From NCBI RefSeq assembly GCF_006345805.1, contig NC_042999.1, positions 159,774,001 through 159,838,000 on the forward strand: DNA of 64,000 nt, in the 5' to 3' direction. Both the position numbers and the translations under genes were made by a program. This DNA is from Octopus sinensis. Its lineage: Eukaryota. Every line of letters starts with the position of its first letter. Position 1 is the stretch's first letter. Shown in pieces: positions 39,503 through 52,336 of the stretch. The notes beneath the pieces are model-generated. The model searched no databases. It was not told where the DNA came from and saw only the letters and a program-made list of their open reading frames with translations.

Positions 39503-39805
39503 TACACACAGAGGAGAAGAGGGTGTTTAAAATTTAGACCCATATTTGACGAACACTTTGTTGAAAGCCAGACCTGGATAAGCATATCAGATAGTAAGAA
39601 ACAAGGAATCATGAAATATAAACCATTATAGTCATTCGCATTTCAACTGGTAAATCCTGAGTTTGCATTGAAAGATTTCATATAAGATTCCAAAGTATAT
39701 TGAAAAGACATATAAAGAATGGAGAAATATACATCTTCAATTAAAATTTTCCAGCATATCAGATTCCAACTGTTTCTGTTGAATAAGTGTCTTAGTATCC
39801 TCAGA
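39503..39805 (+). repeat. Local direct duplication of 37647-37733 plus 38091-38306
   Basis: GAAGAGGGTGTTTAAAATTTAGACCC...GTCTTAGTATCC present twice; first copy interrupted by the RTE tail insertion. Confidence 0.9.
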
Positions 39806-40763
39806 TATATATGTACATGTGCACCTGTCACAGTTAATGAGCTGATTGTGCATTTTCAATTATCTGACAAGCAAGGAGATATACTTTACTGTTCTGTTTT
39901 TAAAACCCACTGAAGATAGTACTTCTTTTTTATTACTTCTTCAGCAAGTAAAAAAAAAAAGTACTGGTGTGGGTACTAGCACCATATAAAAAGTACTGGT
40001 GCCACATAAAGACCACTGGTGATGGTGCCATGTAAATGGCACCCAGTACACTCTGTAAAGTTGGCTTTAGTAAGGGCATCCAGCTGTAGAAACCAAGCCA
40101 TAACAGGCTACAGAACCTGGTGCAGCCCCTGGCCATCTAAACCGTGCCAGCATGAAAACAGATGTTAAGTGATGGTGATGATGATTTTAATAGCTTCTTT
40201 CATTAATTTAAATTATTTGACTTCTTCATATAATGATATATATCAGTAGCACTCAATCTGTTCAGATTTATACATCACTTGGGTTTTACACTTTGCTGTA
40301 TTCCACATGTAGGGTATGAGTGTGTCTAAGTGCATATATATATATATATTATATACATACAATATACATATATATGTGTCTATGTCTGTGTTGTATGGAT
40401 ATGAGTATATATACAAATGCATAGATGTGTGTTCACATGTATGCATGCAAATGTATATATGTATATACACTTAAATCAATGTGGGTATATATGTGTGAGT
40501 GTGTGTGCACGTGCATTTGTATATACATATATATACACATACCATATATTTTGTATATGTGTGTGAGTATGTGTGTCAGTGTGTAGAAAGAGATATGTGC
40601 ATGTACGAATAAGCACTTTTCACTGCTGTTTATCTCCTCTCAAGTCATCTGCATAATGAACAGTCTATTTGTACATATGTACTTTCCACATGACTCCACA
40701 CCAACACCATTCAATTTTCAGTTGAACTGAACATTCCAGAAAGAAATGTAATTTATCTTTATA

Positions 40764-41159
40764 TCTTTATATATAAAAGTGAGGTTGTGTGCTGTCTGTC
40801 TCCTACGATTTAGATTCCTAACTACTCCCACATTTTGCAGTGCAGTTTAACCAAAACCGGGTATCTTATAGTCGTGATTCATATCGAGCCCTTCTGGGTA
40901 TTAGCGCGCGCCTACGATGAGTCTACGATTTTAAAAAAAATTTACCATCAATTTTTCCAATTTTTAATGCATTTTAGGCATATATAAGGGAAGTAACTCT
41001 CTAAAAATGTATTATTAAATCTCAGAACGTAAAAAGCTACAGTAACATCCCCCCCTTGTGGTTAGCCATATTGAGATGGCTATTATACTTTACATCTCTA
41101 AAAATGCTTATATAGTTATTTCCCTTACAAACCCGAACAACGCCGGGCGATACTGCTAG
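40764..41159 (+). mobile_element. Non-autonomous Helitron
   Basis: A|TC(TTTATATATAAAAG) 5' end, subterminal hairpin CCCG..CGGG at 41132-41147, CTAG|T 3' end, no TSD. Confidence 0.75.
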
Positions 41160-41599
41160 TTCTATATAAAAACAAGCTTGAAGTCAGTTTAGGAAGAGTG
41201 GTGTAAAAAACAAACTCTCTTTTGTAACACCAAAGAAACAATACCAGAACCGGGACACTACAGCAAGATATGGCACTCTGACCCAGTCAGACCTTACAAC
41301 ACGTGCTAGCATGGAAAACGGACATGCTGATGGGGATGATGATGATGGTGGCACATGCCAACACATGTATATGTGTACACACACACACACACACAAATAT
41401 ATCCTTTTTTATGTATGTGTGCATGTACTTATATATCTATATGAGCATGTGAGTGTTTTAATATGCATTTATATGCAAGGATATATATAATCATATCAAA
41501 AAGGGAAATGGAATATAATTAAATTAAAAATATTCAATCAAAATTTACATTTCCAGTGGTCTAACGTGCAAAAAATTTGTCGAAAAGACTATATATTAA

Positions 41600-41801
41600 T
41601 TATACACATAAGGAATCTACACCTAGAGTGAACATTCAGCACATTAGAGAGTCACAAAAATAATGGATAAGATTCGACAGGAACAAAAATTTTAAAATGT
41701 TTTTCATTTCCAAATTTTGTTCCTGTCGAATCTTATCCATTATTTTTGTGGCCCTCTAATGCGCTGAATCTTCACCCTAGGTGTAGATTCCTTATGTGTA
41801 T

Positions 41802-41803
<2 letters not shown>
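41600..41803. repeat. Fold-back repeat (about 90-bp arms)
   Basis: TTATACACATAAGGAATCTACACC...GGAACAAAA versus reverse complement of about 41712-41803. Confidence 0.85.
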
Positions 41804-41832
<29 letters not shown>

Positions 41833-42999
41833 CTTTGCTTATTAGGGTCGTGCTCCAGCATGGCTGCAGTCAAATGACTGAAACAAGTAAAAGGAATATA
41901 TCCATTTATGTATATAAATGCATAGGCAATGTATGTAGGGACAGAAACAGATGAATACAGAAATAGCGTAAGAGAGAGACTGAGAATACGCAGGCGTAGA
42001 TGTTGAACCAAAATTTAAAATGACTTCAAACCTAGTGTATTCTTGTTTTTTTACAAAAATAATTTATTTAAATATTTATGTTTTATTGGCTAAACTGGCA
42101 AAATGACCATTCCTAAATACAACAATAAATTTATTTTGATATACCACTGAAAACAATTCATGATACATTACCACTGAAAATACAAATTTCTGACTACATT
42201 GTAAGAGGATGAGATAATTTCAATCAAGGCAAAATGTTGCACAATAATTGGCAATGAAATAAACTGAAGGGGATAGAAATCAATTCTTAACGATCACTTG
42301 AAAGAATTTTATGGTTTACAGTAATAAAATGAAAGTTTAATAACAACAATTTAAGAGTTTATACAACCAATTCCTTTCAGAAGGAATAACATATTTCAAA
42401 AGAACATTAAACATCTCTGTTGAAACACAGATATTTTACAGATTAACTTCGTTTATGAATGGAAAAGAGAGAATGAGGTGATTTAGTTGATTTACATGGA
42501 TATTTTCTTAAATTAACAATTACTTCATATGACATTCACTGTTTGAAAAATTTTGAAAAAACTTCAGTGTTATTGAAAAAAAAAAAAAGCAATAAAGATT
42601 CAGTCGTACATTTAAAATCTTGAATTAATTTCAAAGCAAGAAATGAAGGCACAAAAATATAATATTAAATTGCATTTTAATATAATTTCAATTTTTGAAA
42701 AGTATTTTAGCACTTGAAATTATTTTCAACACTTGTTTCATACTTTCTACTTTGAAATTCCTTTCACTTAGTTGAAATATCTTACATGACACTGAGAGAA
42801 ATCACCAGAAAAACCCCTAAGAAACCTGAGATTTAGTTCAACAGTGACATCCAAATTTGAATTAAAAAAAAATTTTAAAAAACAATTACAAGTAACAATT
42901 ATTCATTTACAACAATTATCTTAAACATCTAATAAAACTTTTCGCTATACACAAACCTGAATGAGCACATATCAATTAATATGAGATTTACATAAGCTA

Positions 43000-43215
43000 G
43001 TGAGCTGGCAGAATCGTTAGCATGCCAGGCAAAATGATTAGCAGCATTTTGTCCAACTTTATATTCTAAGTTCAAATTCTGCCGAGGTCAACTTAGCCTA
43101 TCATTCCTTTCGGGGTCAATAAAAAAAGTACCAGTTAAGCACTGGGGTCGATATACTCAACCTAACCCCTCCCCCAAGATTGCTGACTTTGTGCTAAAAT
43201 ATGAAACCAGTATTA
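43000..43215 (+). mobile_element. Older SINE family B-related copy
   Basis: GAGCTGGCAGAATCGTTAGC...GAGGTCAACTT..CCTTTCGGGGTC. Confidence 0.7.
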
Positions 43216-43365
43216 GATTTACATGATTATATACATGCATGGCTTTGGAGAGTTTTAACTCTTCTTTCTAGCAAATGGGTGTATATTGTACCCTGACTTT
43301 TAAGATATGTGTGTATATATATATATACACACACATACACACACATGGAAACTGAAAGGAGCTTG

Positions 43366-43457
<92 letters not shown>

Positions 43458-43538
43458 ATAAATATTAGGGAATATATCCAAATTTACAGGGAAAAAATCA
43501 GATTTAGGATTAAATCCAATTTTATAGTAAAATATTAT

Positions 43539-43663
43539 AAATATTATTTGAGACAAAACCACTATTTTGCAAAACAAACAAGGAAAGACTTAATCAATAA
43601 ATTTTATGTATTGATTAAGTCTTTCCTTGTTTGTTTTGCAAAATAGTGGTTTTGTCTCAAATA

Positions 43664-43668
<5 letters not shown>
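43539..43668. repeat. Near-perfect hairpin (about 60-bp arms, 9-nt loop)
   Basis: AAATATTATTTGAGACAAAACC...CTTAATCAATA aattttatg TATTGATTAAG...GTCTCAAATAATATTT. Confidence 0.9.
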
Positions 43669-43707
<39 letters not shown>

Positions 43708-44163
43708 TATATATATGCTTGTATGTATAAAAATGTACCTTGTTAAAATTGCTTTGTACTTCACAGAGGATACATCCAATATTTAAAGCTCTATATTTTC
43801 TATTACACTTCAATATCTACCTCATTAAAATTGTGCATGGCATCATCATCATCACACAAGCACTTTAGTTGTATAGAAAAGCTGTAATATATGCAGAGTA
43901 AAATTCATTGGAAAACCACAATGAAAATGCAAGTAATATTTAAATAACTTCATTTGCTGCCACATACTGAGAAGTGCAGCAATCCTTCTTGAGAATTTTA
44001 CAGACTTATAAATAAGGAATGAAGGGATTTAAATAATACTTGCATTGTTTTCCTAGACTTTTTTCTATGGCATATATACTCACATAGGCATATGGGTTTA
44101 CATATACAGACACACAGATATACCCAGGAGATATCTAACTACCTATAAGGATTATATATATAT

Positions 44164-44542
44164 AGGAGTGGCTGTGTGGTAAGTAGCTTGCTTACAAACC
44201 ACATGGTTCCGAGTTGAGTCCCACTGCGTGGCACCTTGGGCAAGTGTCTTCTACTATAGCCTCGTGCCGACCAAAGCCTTGTGAGTGGATTTGGTAGATG
44301 GAAACTGAAAGAAGCCCGTCGTATATATGTATATATATGCATGTGTGTATATGTTTGTGTGTCTGTGTTTGTCCCCCCAACATCGCTTGACAACCGATGC
44401 TGGTGTGTCCCCGTAACTTAGCGGTTCGGCAAAAGAGTCCAATAAGTACTAGGCTTACAAAGAATAAGTCCTGAGGTCGATTTGCTTGACTAAAAGGCGG
44501 TGCTCCAGCATGGCTACAGTCAAATCACTGAAACAAGTAAAA
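44164..44542 (+). mobile_element. SINE family A
   Basis: As 1757-2203. Confidence 0.85.
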
Positions 44543-44679
44543 AACAAAAATATATCTATATATACATACATGCACATTTATATATATACAAATATATGTA
44601 CACACAAATAAGCATATTTGTGAACACACATGTATACAATATAAACACAAAATGTATACATGGATATCTTTTATTTTCT

Positions 44680-44977
44680 ATTTGATTCAGTGATTGGACT
44701 GCAGCCATGCTGGGGTGGCACCTTGAAGAATTTTAGGTCAAATAAATCAACGCCAGTGCCTATATTTTTCAGCCTGGTCCTTATTCTATCGGTCCTTTTC
44801 GTGAACCACCAGGGAATGGGGACAAACACTGACACACACACGACAGGCTTCTTTCAGTTTGTCTACCAAATCCACTCACAAGGTTTTGACCAGCCTGAGT
44901 AGAAGATACTTGCCCAAGATGCCATGCAATAAGACTGAACCCAGAACCATGAAGTTTGGAAGAAAACTTTTTACCAC
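44680..44977 (-). mobile_element. Diverged SINE family A-related copy
   Basis: Degenerate tail, core and head. Confidence 0.65.
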
Positions 44978-45394
44978 ATACACACACACACACACACACA
45001 CCACACACACACACACACATACATATTTTTACATACATACACATACATAGATACACCTATATAAAAATGTACATGTATATCTATACGCATATGTGTGTGC
45101 GCATGCGCACATGCATGTATGTGTGGGCATGTGTATATATCAATTATCTTCATCATTATCATTTTAATTCTGCTTTCCAGCTTGTCATGCTGTTAGACAT
45201 TTTGATAAAACCCAATGGCTCAGGGTACAACAGCATCTATCAGTGTGTTACTTTCAGCATGGTTTCCATGGCTTGATGCTCCAGCAAAATTAGCTACTTC
45301 ACAAAGTGTACTAAGAGCTTTTCTCATTGCATCAGCACAAGTGAGTTTGCCTTGCAGCTTGCAAGACTTAAAGAGCCTCTAATTGATATATATA

Positions 45395-45442
<48 letters not shown>

Positions 45443-45513
45443 TATATATCATATGATATATTTTATTATATTATACCATGTTATATGATATTATATAGAT
45501 ATATATATATATT

Positions 45514-45737
45514 GGAGATGTACTTGCATAGCAAGTGGCCTGATCTGAGATCGTGTGCTGGAACGAAAACAATTGCAGCATAGAAGCCATGTGCAGCATG
45601 GAGTTTTGTCAGTGAACAGGTTGCGGTCTCAAAGCGACGAAAATATTTTGGCAAATTAAATTTAAATGTTGAAGTGAATCTAACGGTTTTTGTGTGTTTC
45701 TTAAATGGCTTATAAACACCTTCTACGCTGCAATTGT
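45514..45737. mobile_element. One-armed copy of the 6800-7129 repeat, retaining one hammerhead fold
   Basis: Same GGAGATGTACTTGC start and CAATTGT end; left arm deleted; fold at 45605-45655. Confidence 0.85.
45605..45655 (+). ncRNA. Candidate minimal hammerhead ribozyme, G3:C8 variant (third copy)
   Basis: TTTGTCA-GTGAACA-G-GTTGC-GGTCTCAAA-GCGAC-GAAA-ATATT-T-TGGCAAA; stem changes give U.G wobbles. Confidence 0.55.
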
Positions 45738-45744
45738 ATATATA

Positions 45745-46995
45745 TTGGGTCATCTCATAAATAATGAGTTTTTTTTTCAACTGCATGAACTAAGAGATCG
45801 AAGGGGATGGGATAAACCGCCTGCATCAACTTGCTATAAAAGCAGGTAGTAATTTTACCTTGTCCTTATTCTTAGTGCAAGTTTTGAAGAATGCAATTTG
45901 ATTTTAACAATTATTTTTTCAAAGCTATAATGGAAGTGACAAAGGAGCATATTCAGTATATTTAGCCATATGAGTTCAATAAAGGCGACAATGCAACGGA
46001 AAGTGTGAGGAATATTAATGCAGTATGTGGAGATTGGACAATAAGCGTAAGCCATCATCAAAGGTGGTTCCAGATATTGCAAGCCGGAAACTACAGCTTA
46101 GAAGATGAGCCTTGTCCTGGAAGATATGTAGAGCTCTACAAGGACGTCCTACAAAACCTGGTGGGACAAAATTTCAACGTAACTGTACAGAAACTAGCAG
46201 AGAAGCTTGGATTTGGTCATTTAACCATTCATCGAACCTGCATACCATTGGAAATGCCAGCAAATTGGGTCAATAGCTTCCTCACAAACTTTCTGAGTCT
46301 ATTCGTGCACAGAGACTATGTGCTCTTATCTGCTGTCACATCTCACAAATGAACCTTTCTTGAACCAAATAGTGACTGATAATGAGAAATGGATTCTCTA
46401 TAAAACTGTGAGGAGCCAAAGACAGTGGGTAGAGAAAGGAGAAACGCTAGCACACAAGGCTAAAGAAGGTCTTCACACATGTAAGGTGTTATCTGTTTGG
46501 TGGATATCAGAAGTTAAGTCCACTTTGAACTTTTAAACCCAAACAAAAGAAGGAGATCTACTGCAAGCTGCTTAAGTCAGTGCTAAAAGAAAAACAACCA
46601 TCTTTGGTTTCAAGACAAAAGGTGTTCTTCCATCAAGATAATGCTTGGACACATACAGTAAGGATGACATTCCAGAGGTTGGAGAAGTTTGAATGGGGAA
46701 CAATGCTCTGGACATTGCCTCATCTCATTATCATTTATTCCGCAGTCTTCAAAATCATTTGGACGGAAAAAACATGAATTCTGTAGACAAGGTCAGAAAA
46801 GTACTGGACAAGTATTTTTCCTCAAGCACAAGCGAAATTTGGAAGAAGGGCTTTGCAAGTCAACCATTTAGTTGGAAAAGTATTAGATGAAAGAAAATGA
46901 AGGAGAGACTATTTCAGATTAAGAAAGAACTTGTTTGCCTTAATTTTGAAATATAAAAGTATAAAGAAAACCACATAATTTATGGGATGACCCTA
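45745..46995 (+). mobile_element. Full-length inactive mariner (Tc1/mariner) transposon
   Basis: About 30-bp TIRs (TTGGGTCATCTCATAAATAATG / CATAATTTATGGGATGACCCTA), TA flanks; transposase from ATG 45930 with IVTDNEKW, HQDNA, DIASSHYHLF motifs; stops and frameshifts. Confidence 0.92.
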
Positions 46996-47026
46996 TATAT
47001 ATATATACATGTGGATGGATGTATGC

Positions 47027-47076
<50 letters not shown>

Positions 47077-47311
47077 ATGTGTAAGTATGCACACACACAT
47101 ATGTATATATATATATATATATATATAAATTTACATACATATATATATATAGATATAAATATACATACATACATATAATATACATACATATACATATATA
47201 CATACATATACATATATATATAAATATACATATATATATAAATATACATATATATATAAATATACATACATATATAATATACATACATATATATAAATAT
47301 ACATATACATA

Positions 47312-47363
<52 letters not shown>

Positions 47364-47740
47364 CATATATACATACATATATATAAATATACATACATAT
47401 ATATATTTATATATATATATATATACACACATACATATATATATATACACACATACATATATATAGAGAGATAAATATACATATATATATATAAATATAC
47501 ATACATATATATTTAAATATACATACATATATATATTTAAATATACATATATATATAAATATACATACATATATATACAGTTTTTAAATATACATATATA
47601 TAGATACAAATACACACACACATACATATATATATACAGTTATAAATATACATATATAGAGATATACCTACATACATATATATACATATATATAATATAT
47701 TAATAAATAAAACATAAGCATATATATATACATATATGTA
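46996..47740. repeat. Long compound TA-rich microsatellite
   Basis: Direct reading. Confidence 0.95.
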
Positions 47741-48038
47741 CGTACCTACCTCTACATGTATATATACACGCATATATGGGTACAGGACACCAAAAAAACT
47801 TCGAACACAATGAGAAATGAAAACATAAACACAAAACCAAGGAACTGGACATTTTTCTTAAACAACAAAAAAATAGAGTACGGGACAAATAACACAAGAG
47901 AAAAACCCCTTCTTCAGCCGCCATGGTTTCATCTACTCTGCGTTTAGTTATAAATATACATACATAAATATACACACACATATATATATATAGTTATAAA
48001 TATACATACATATAGATATAAATACACACACACATACA

Positions 48039-48122
<84 letters not shown>

Positions 48123-48412
48123 AATACATAGCAAAAATTTAGATTCAGATGAATATGGTAACTAAGTTGAGGCACCAGAATTTGTACGGTATTATCCATA
48201 CAATTTCAAAATGAAGTGATTAAAATCGAAATAAGCAACAAGAGGGAATGCAGTGCAACCATCTCAAGCAACTCCATTTAATTGAACAATGCATTCATTA
48301 CATCAATTTAAATGCAGAGCAATCCTCAGCTGCACAAAGACATAGAATTTAATTAAATTAAAACAGATGGAGACATTAGTATCCAAGAAGGGGTGGAGAT
48401 AGAGAAAGAAGA

Positions 48413-48868
48413 TGCTTGTCACTGTTTTATGGGGTCAGTTTTAATTTATAGACTAGTTTATCAAATACTCAAAAGTATTAAGAAAAACGTTTTATCCTTT
48501 TGTTATAATAATCTTCTGAATAATCTTAAACTTTAACTTTATACAATATGATAATATTGTTTAAAATATTTTACTATAGTACCACATGATAAGATTTCCC
48601 CTGTTTCATTACCAATGGTCTACTATCAGCTTGCCCCCTTTTAATTGTCAACTAACATCTTGATTTAAGATTTTCTTTACCAAATCTCAACATAATGCTT
48701 CAAATAAATCTTGTTAGTTTTTTATGGCTATACCCAATATAACTTCTTGTCAACTCCCTCAGCCCCATTCCTAACAGGCACTAATCTTGTTCTTTTAGCC
48801 TTAGATATACAAAGATTTGATAAACTAGTCTATAAATTAAAACTGACCCCATAAAACAGTGACAAGCA
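48413..48868. repeat. Perfect 54-bp inverted repeat pair (48413-48466, 48815-48868)
   Basis: TGCTTGTCACTGTTTTATGGGGTCAGTTTTAATTTATAGACTAGTTTATCAAAT and its exact reverse complement. Confidence 0.9.
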
Positions 48869-49392
48869 AAATCTGTAACAAGTCTTTCTTCCTGATACCT
48901 TAGTAGCTTCTAAGCTGAAGTGAAGACAGCATGTCCCTTCACAGCACACACATATACATATATACACATACATATATATCATTGTGAATTATATATACAC
49001 ATATCATCATCAATTATGTATGTACATATCTGTCCCTTTTAGTACAATGGCATTGATTGGATGGCTTGACAAGTACAGACAAGCCAGTAGACTGCTAGGT
49101 TTTATGCCTGCTTTGGCAGGGTTTCTACAGGCCCTGCTAATGCCAACCACTTAGAGTGCACTGGATGCTTTTTACATGGCACATGAAATACGCATACAAA
49201 ACACTTGCATGGTGTGCGTATCTATCTATCTATATATATATTATATAGAGGGCATTATTACACATAAACGCCCTCTATATAATATAAATAAATATATTCA
49301 AGTGGAAAAAATTTACAGATTTTTTCTCTTATGAGGTTTTTCACGCTACCTACTTGATAATTTCTTATGAAGATTTTATCCTATTTTTAAAT

Positions 49393-49423
<31 letters not shown>

Positions 49424-49671
49424 ATGTATGTATGTATACAGATTTTTTCTCTTATGAGGTTTTTTACGCTACCTACTTGATAATTTATTATGAAGACTTT
49501 ATCCTATTTTTAAATTATATATATATGTATGTATATGTATGTATGTATACACACACACTCACAAGCATTCAGATATGTAATATATATGCACGCACACATA
49601 TATTCTACATATTTTATGTTATATACAGTACATATACAGTATACATTACATATACTTAAAAGCTTATATAG

Positions 49672-49918
49672 TAGTGCATGGTTTAACACTTAGGGTGTTG
49701 GACTCATGACTGTAAGATTATGGTTCTGATTCCTAGACCAGGCAACGTATTGTATTCTTGAGCAAAACACTACATGTAGTTTTTAGCCCACCCAGCTGGC
49801 AAAAATGAGTATTCCTGTGATGAGCCAGCATTCTGTTCAGCGGGAGAGTATACTGACCAGAGAATCAAGGAAACTGACCCTATGAATCTACCATGACTCA
49901 AGGAGTTTTATCTTTTTT
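49672..49918 (+). mobile_element. Old tRNA-derived SINE
   Basis: Degenerate A/B boxes then TTCTTGAGCAAAACACT..CACCCAGCT...AAATGAGTA core. Confidence 0.5.
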
Positions 49919-50618
49919 AAAGCTCATATGTATATGTGTGTGTGTTTGCACGCGCATGCACACAAATGTGTGTATAAAATCATCATCACTATTTTAATAT
50001 CCATTCTGCCATGCTCCTATGGATCGTAGGGAAATTACTGAGAGATTTTTTACTGTCAGATGTCCTGCCCCTCACAGCACACCACACTTCTCTCCGTGAA
50101 CAATAATATTTTTTAATGATCAGATATGCTTTCATAGAAGATTCGAAATGAAAGGAATCATTTATATGATGGTAGTACTTGCTTTGAAGTCAAGGAAATG
50201 CAAGCAGATACACATATCCATGCATAATGGCTTGTGTAAGTTTCTATTGATCAAATCCATTCCCAAGGATTTGGTTGGCTCAGAATTATGGTAGAAGACA
50301 CTTACCAAAAACCCCAGAGCAATGCCTGTACATATAATATTCTAAAAATGCGTGTGCACGTGTGCGTGCGCATGCACACACACTAGATTTCTTTCAGTTT
50401 TCATCTACCAATTCCACTCAGCAGGCTAGTCAGCCGAAGGCTACAGCAGAAGACACTTGTCCATGGTGCCACGCAGTGGGGACTGAACCTGGAACCATAT
50501 GTTGAGAAGCAAACTTCTTACTACACAGCTAGGCCTGTGCCTTTTGTGTGTGTGTGTGTGTGTGTACATACATATATGCACACACACACAAACAATGGCT
50601 CATTTAAGTTTCTGTCTA

Positions 50619-50689
50619 TCTGGGAATCGAAACCGCGATCCTACGACCGCGAGTCCGCTGCCCTAACCACTGGGCCATTGCGCCTCCAC
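50619..50689 (-). mobile_element. Isolated tRNA-like head of SINE family C
   Basis: Nearly identical to 226-295. Confidence 0.75.
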
Positions 50690-51695
50690 ACACACACAGA
50701 CACACACACATATATATATATAACATAACACTACATACAAATATGACATATTATTCAAGTATATTATATACATTATACATAACTCTTGCATCCATCCATA
50801 TGTATGTATCACTAGAAGTCAGTAATGACTACAAGAACAGTATATTCTTATGCTTAAATGTGACCATTGAAATTATGACAATGGAAAGATTCTAGAAAAT
50901 CAAACACTCTGACACCTTATAATAGACACATGTAGCATGTCTGTCTGAAATGACAGACCTACACATTCCTAACTACAACCAAATGCATTGTCTTCTTCTA
51001 TCCATGTTGAAAGGCAACTAATAGATAGAAAAGAAAATAGCTATTCCTCAATGCTGGCAGGATTCAATTTATTGAATAATTGAGTTAAAGAAAATGAAAA
51101 TTCCAACATTTGGACAACATAGAACGTTATTTCAAGAATTATAATAAAAAAAGAGAGAAATTGCAACTATGTAAATTTAAAAAAAAAAAAATCAACTCCA
51201 GCAGAATTCTAATTAGATTCCTGTGAAATGAAGCTAGCCAGAGTCAAAAAGCTAGCAAGCTGGCTGGGGATCTGCACAGAATTCTCATTAAACATGTTTG
51301 ATTTGTGCTGGTTCAATTCTTTTAGCCATAAACAGGCACCAAGAGGAAGCCACAATTTTACTGCTGAAAATGATATTTCATCATCTAATGCAGCTGAAGT
51401 TATGACTGATTCCAGTAGTATTATCATTTTGTGGAGTAGTACCCAAGAAAGATGATATAGTTTACTTGTACCTCTTCATTTCCCAATATCTCCCCACCAC
51501 ACATTTTGATATCATATACAAATCTCTTATACCCCTTCCATTATCAACTTGCCACTTATCTATCTACGTAATCTACCTCTTTTTATTATACTTTCTCTCT
51601 CTTCCACTACTCTCAGAAAATCACTGCTTTTTCCTCCCAGTATAAAAGAGGCAGGAAATTCAACTAAAATAACACTGACATGCCATTGAATGTAA

Positions 51696-52037
51696 TATCG
51701 GAGACCCACTTCGGTCACGACACAGACCATGGGATTGCACCTAGAAAGTTACCCTCCTAGACACAAGTCCGGGCGAGGCTGTTAATGGAAGACCAGCAGT
51801 CGCCCATGCATACCACCTCCCCTCTCCACGCCACCAGTGTTATCCAAGGGAAAGGCAACGGTCAATACAGCTTGGCACCTGTGACGTCGCAACTCATTTC
51901 TACAGCTGAGTGAACTGGAGCAACGTGAAATAAAGTGTCTTGCTCACGAACACAACACGCAGCCCGGTCCGGGATTCGAGCTCACAACCTCACGATCGTA
52001 AGCTCGACGCTCTAACCACTGAGCTATGTGCCTTCAC
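51696..52037 (-). mobile_element. tRNA-derived SINE family D
   Basis: Minus strand GTGAAGGCACATAGCTCAGTGGTTAGAGCG...GCTCGAATCCCGG head, then GAGCAAGACACTTTATTTCAC..CACTCAGCTGTAGAAATGAGT core. Confidence 0.8.
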
Positions 52038-52293
52038 AATGTAATATATATATATATGTAGAGTAGATGAAACCATGGCAACTGAAGAAGGGGTTTTTTC
52101 TTTGTGTTAATTGTCCTGTACTGTATTTTTTTGTTGTCAAAAAAAATGTCCAGTTCCTTGGGTTTGAGTCTATGTTTTTGTTTCTCATTGTGTTGACGTT
52201 TTTTTGGTGTCCTGTACTCATATATGCGTGTATATATACATGTAGAGGTTGGTACGTACATATATGTATATATATATGCATATGTTTTATTTA

Positions 52294-52336
<43 letters not shown>

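Noticed and set aside
51209-51455. Overlapping 72-75 aa ORFs on both strands
   Set aside because: No usable splice sites; plus frame weakly recalls a decayed LINE reverse transcriptase (W..SF) and cannot be supported either way
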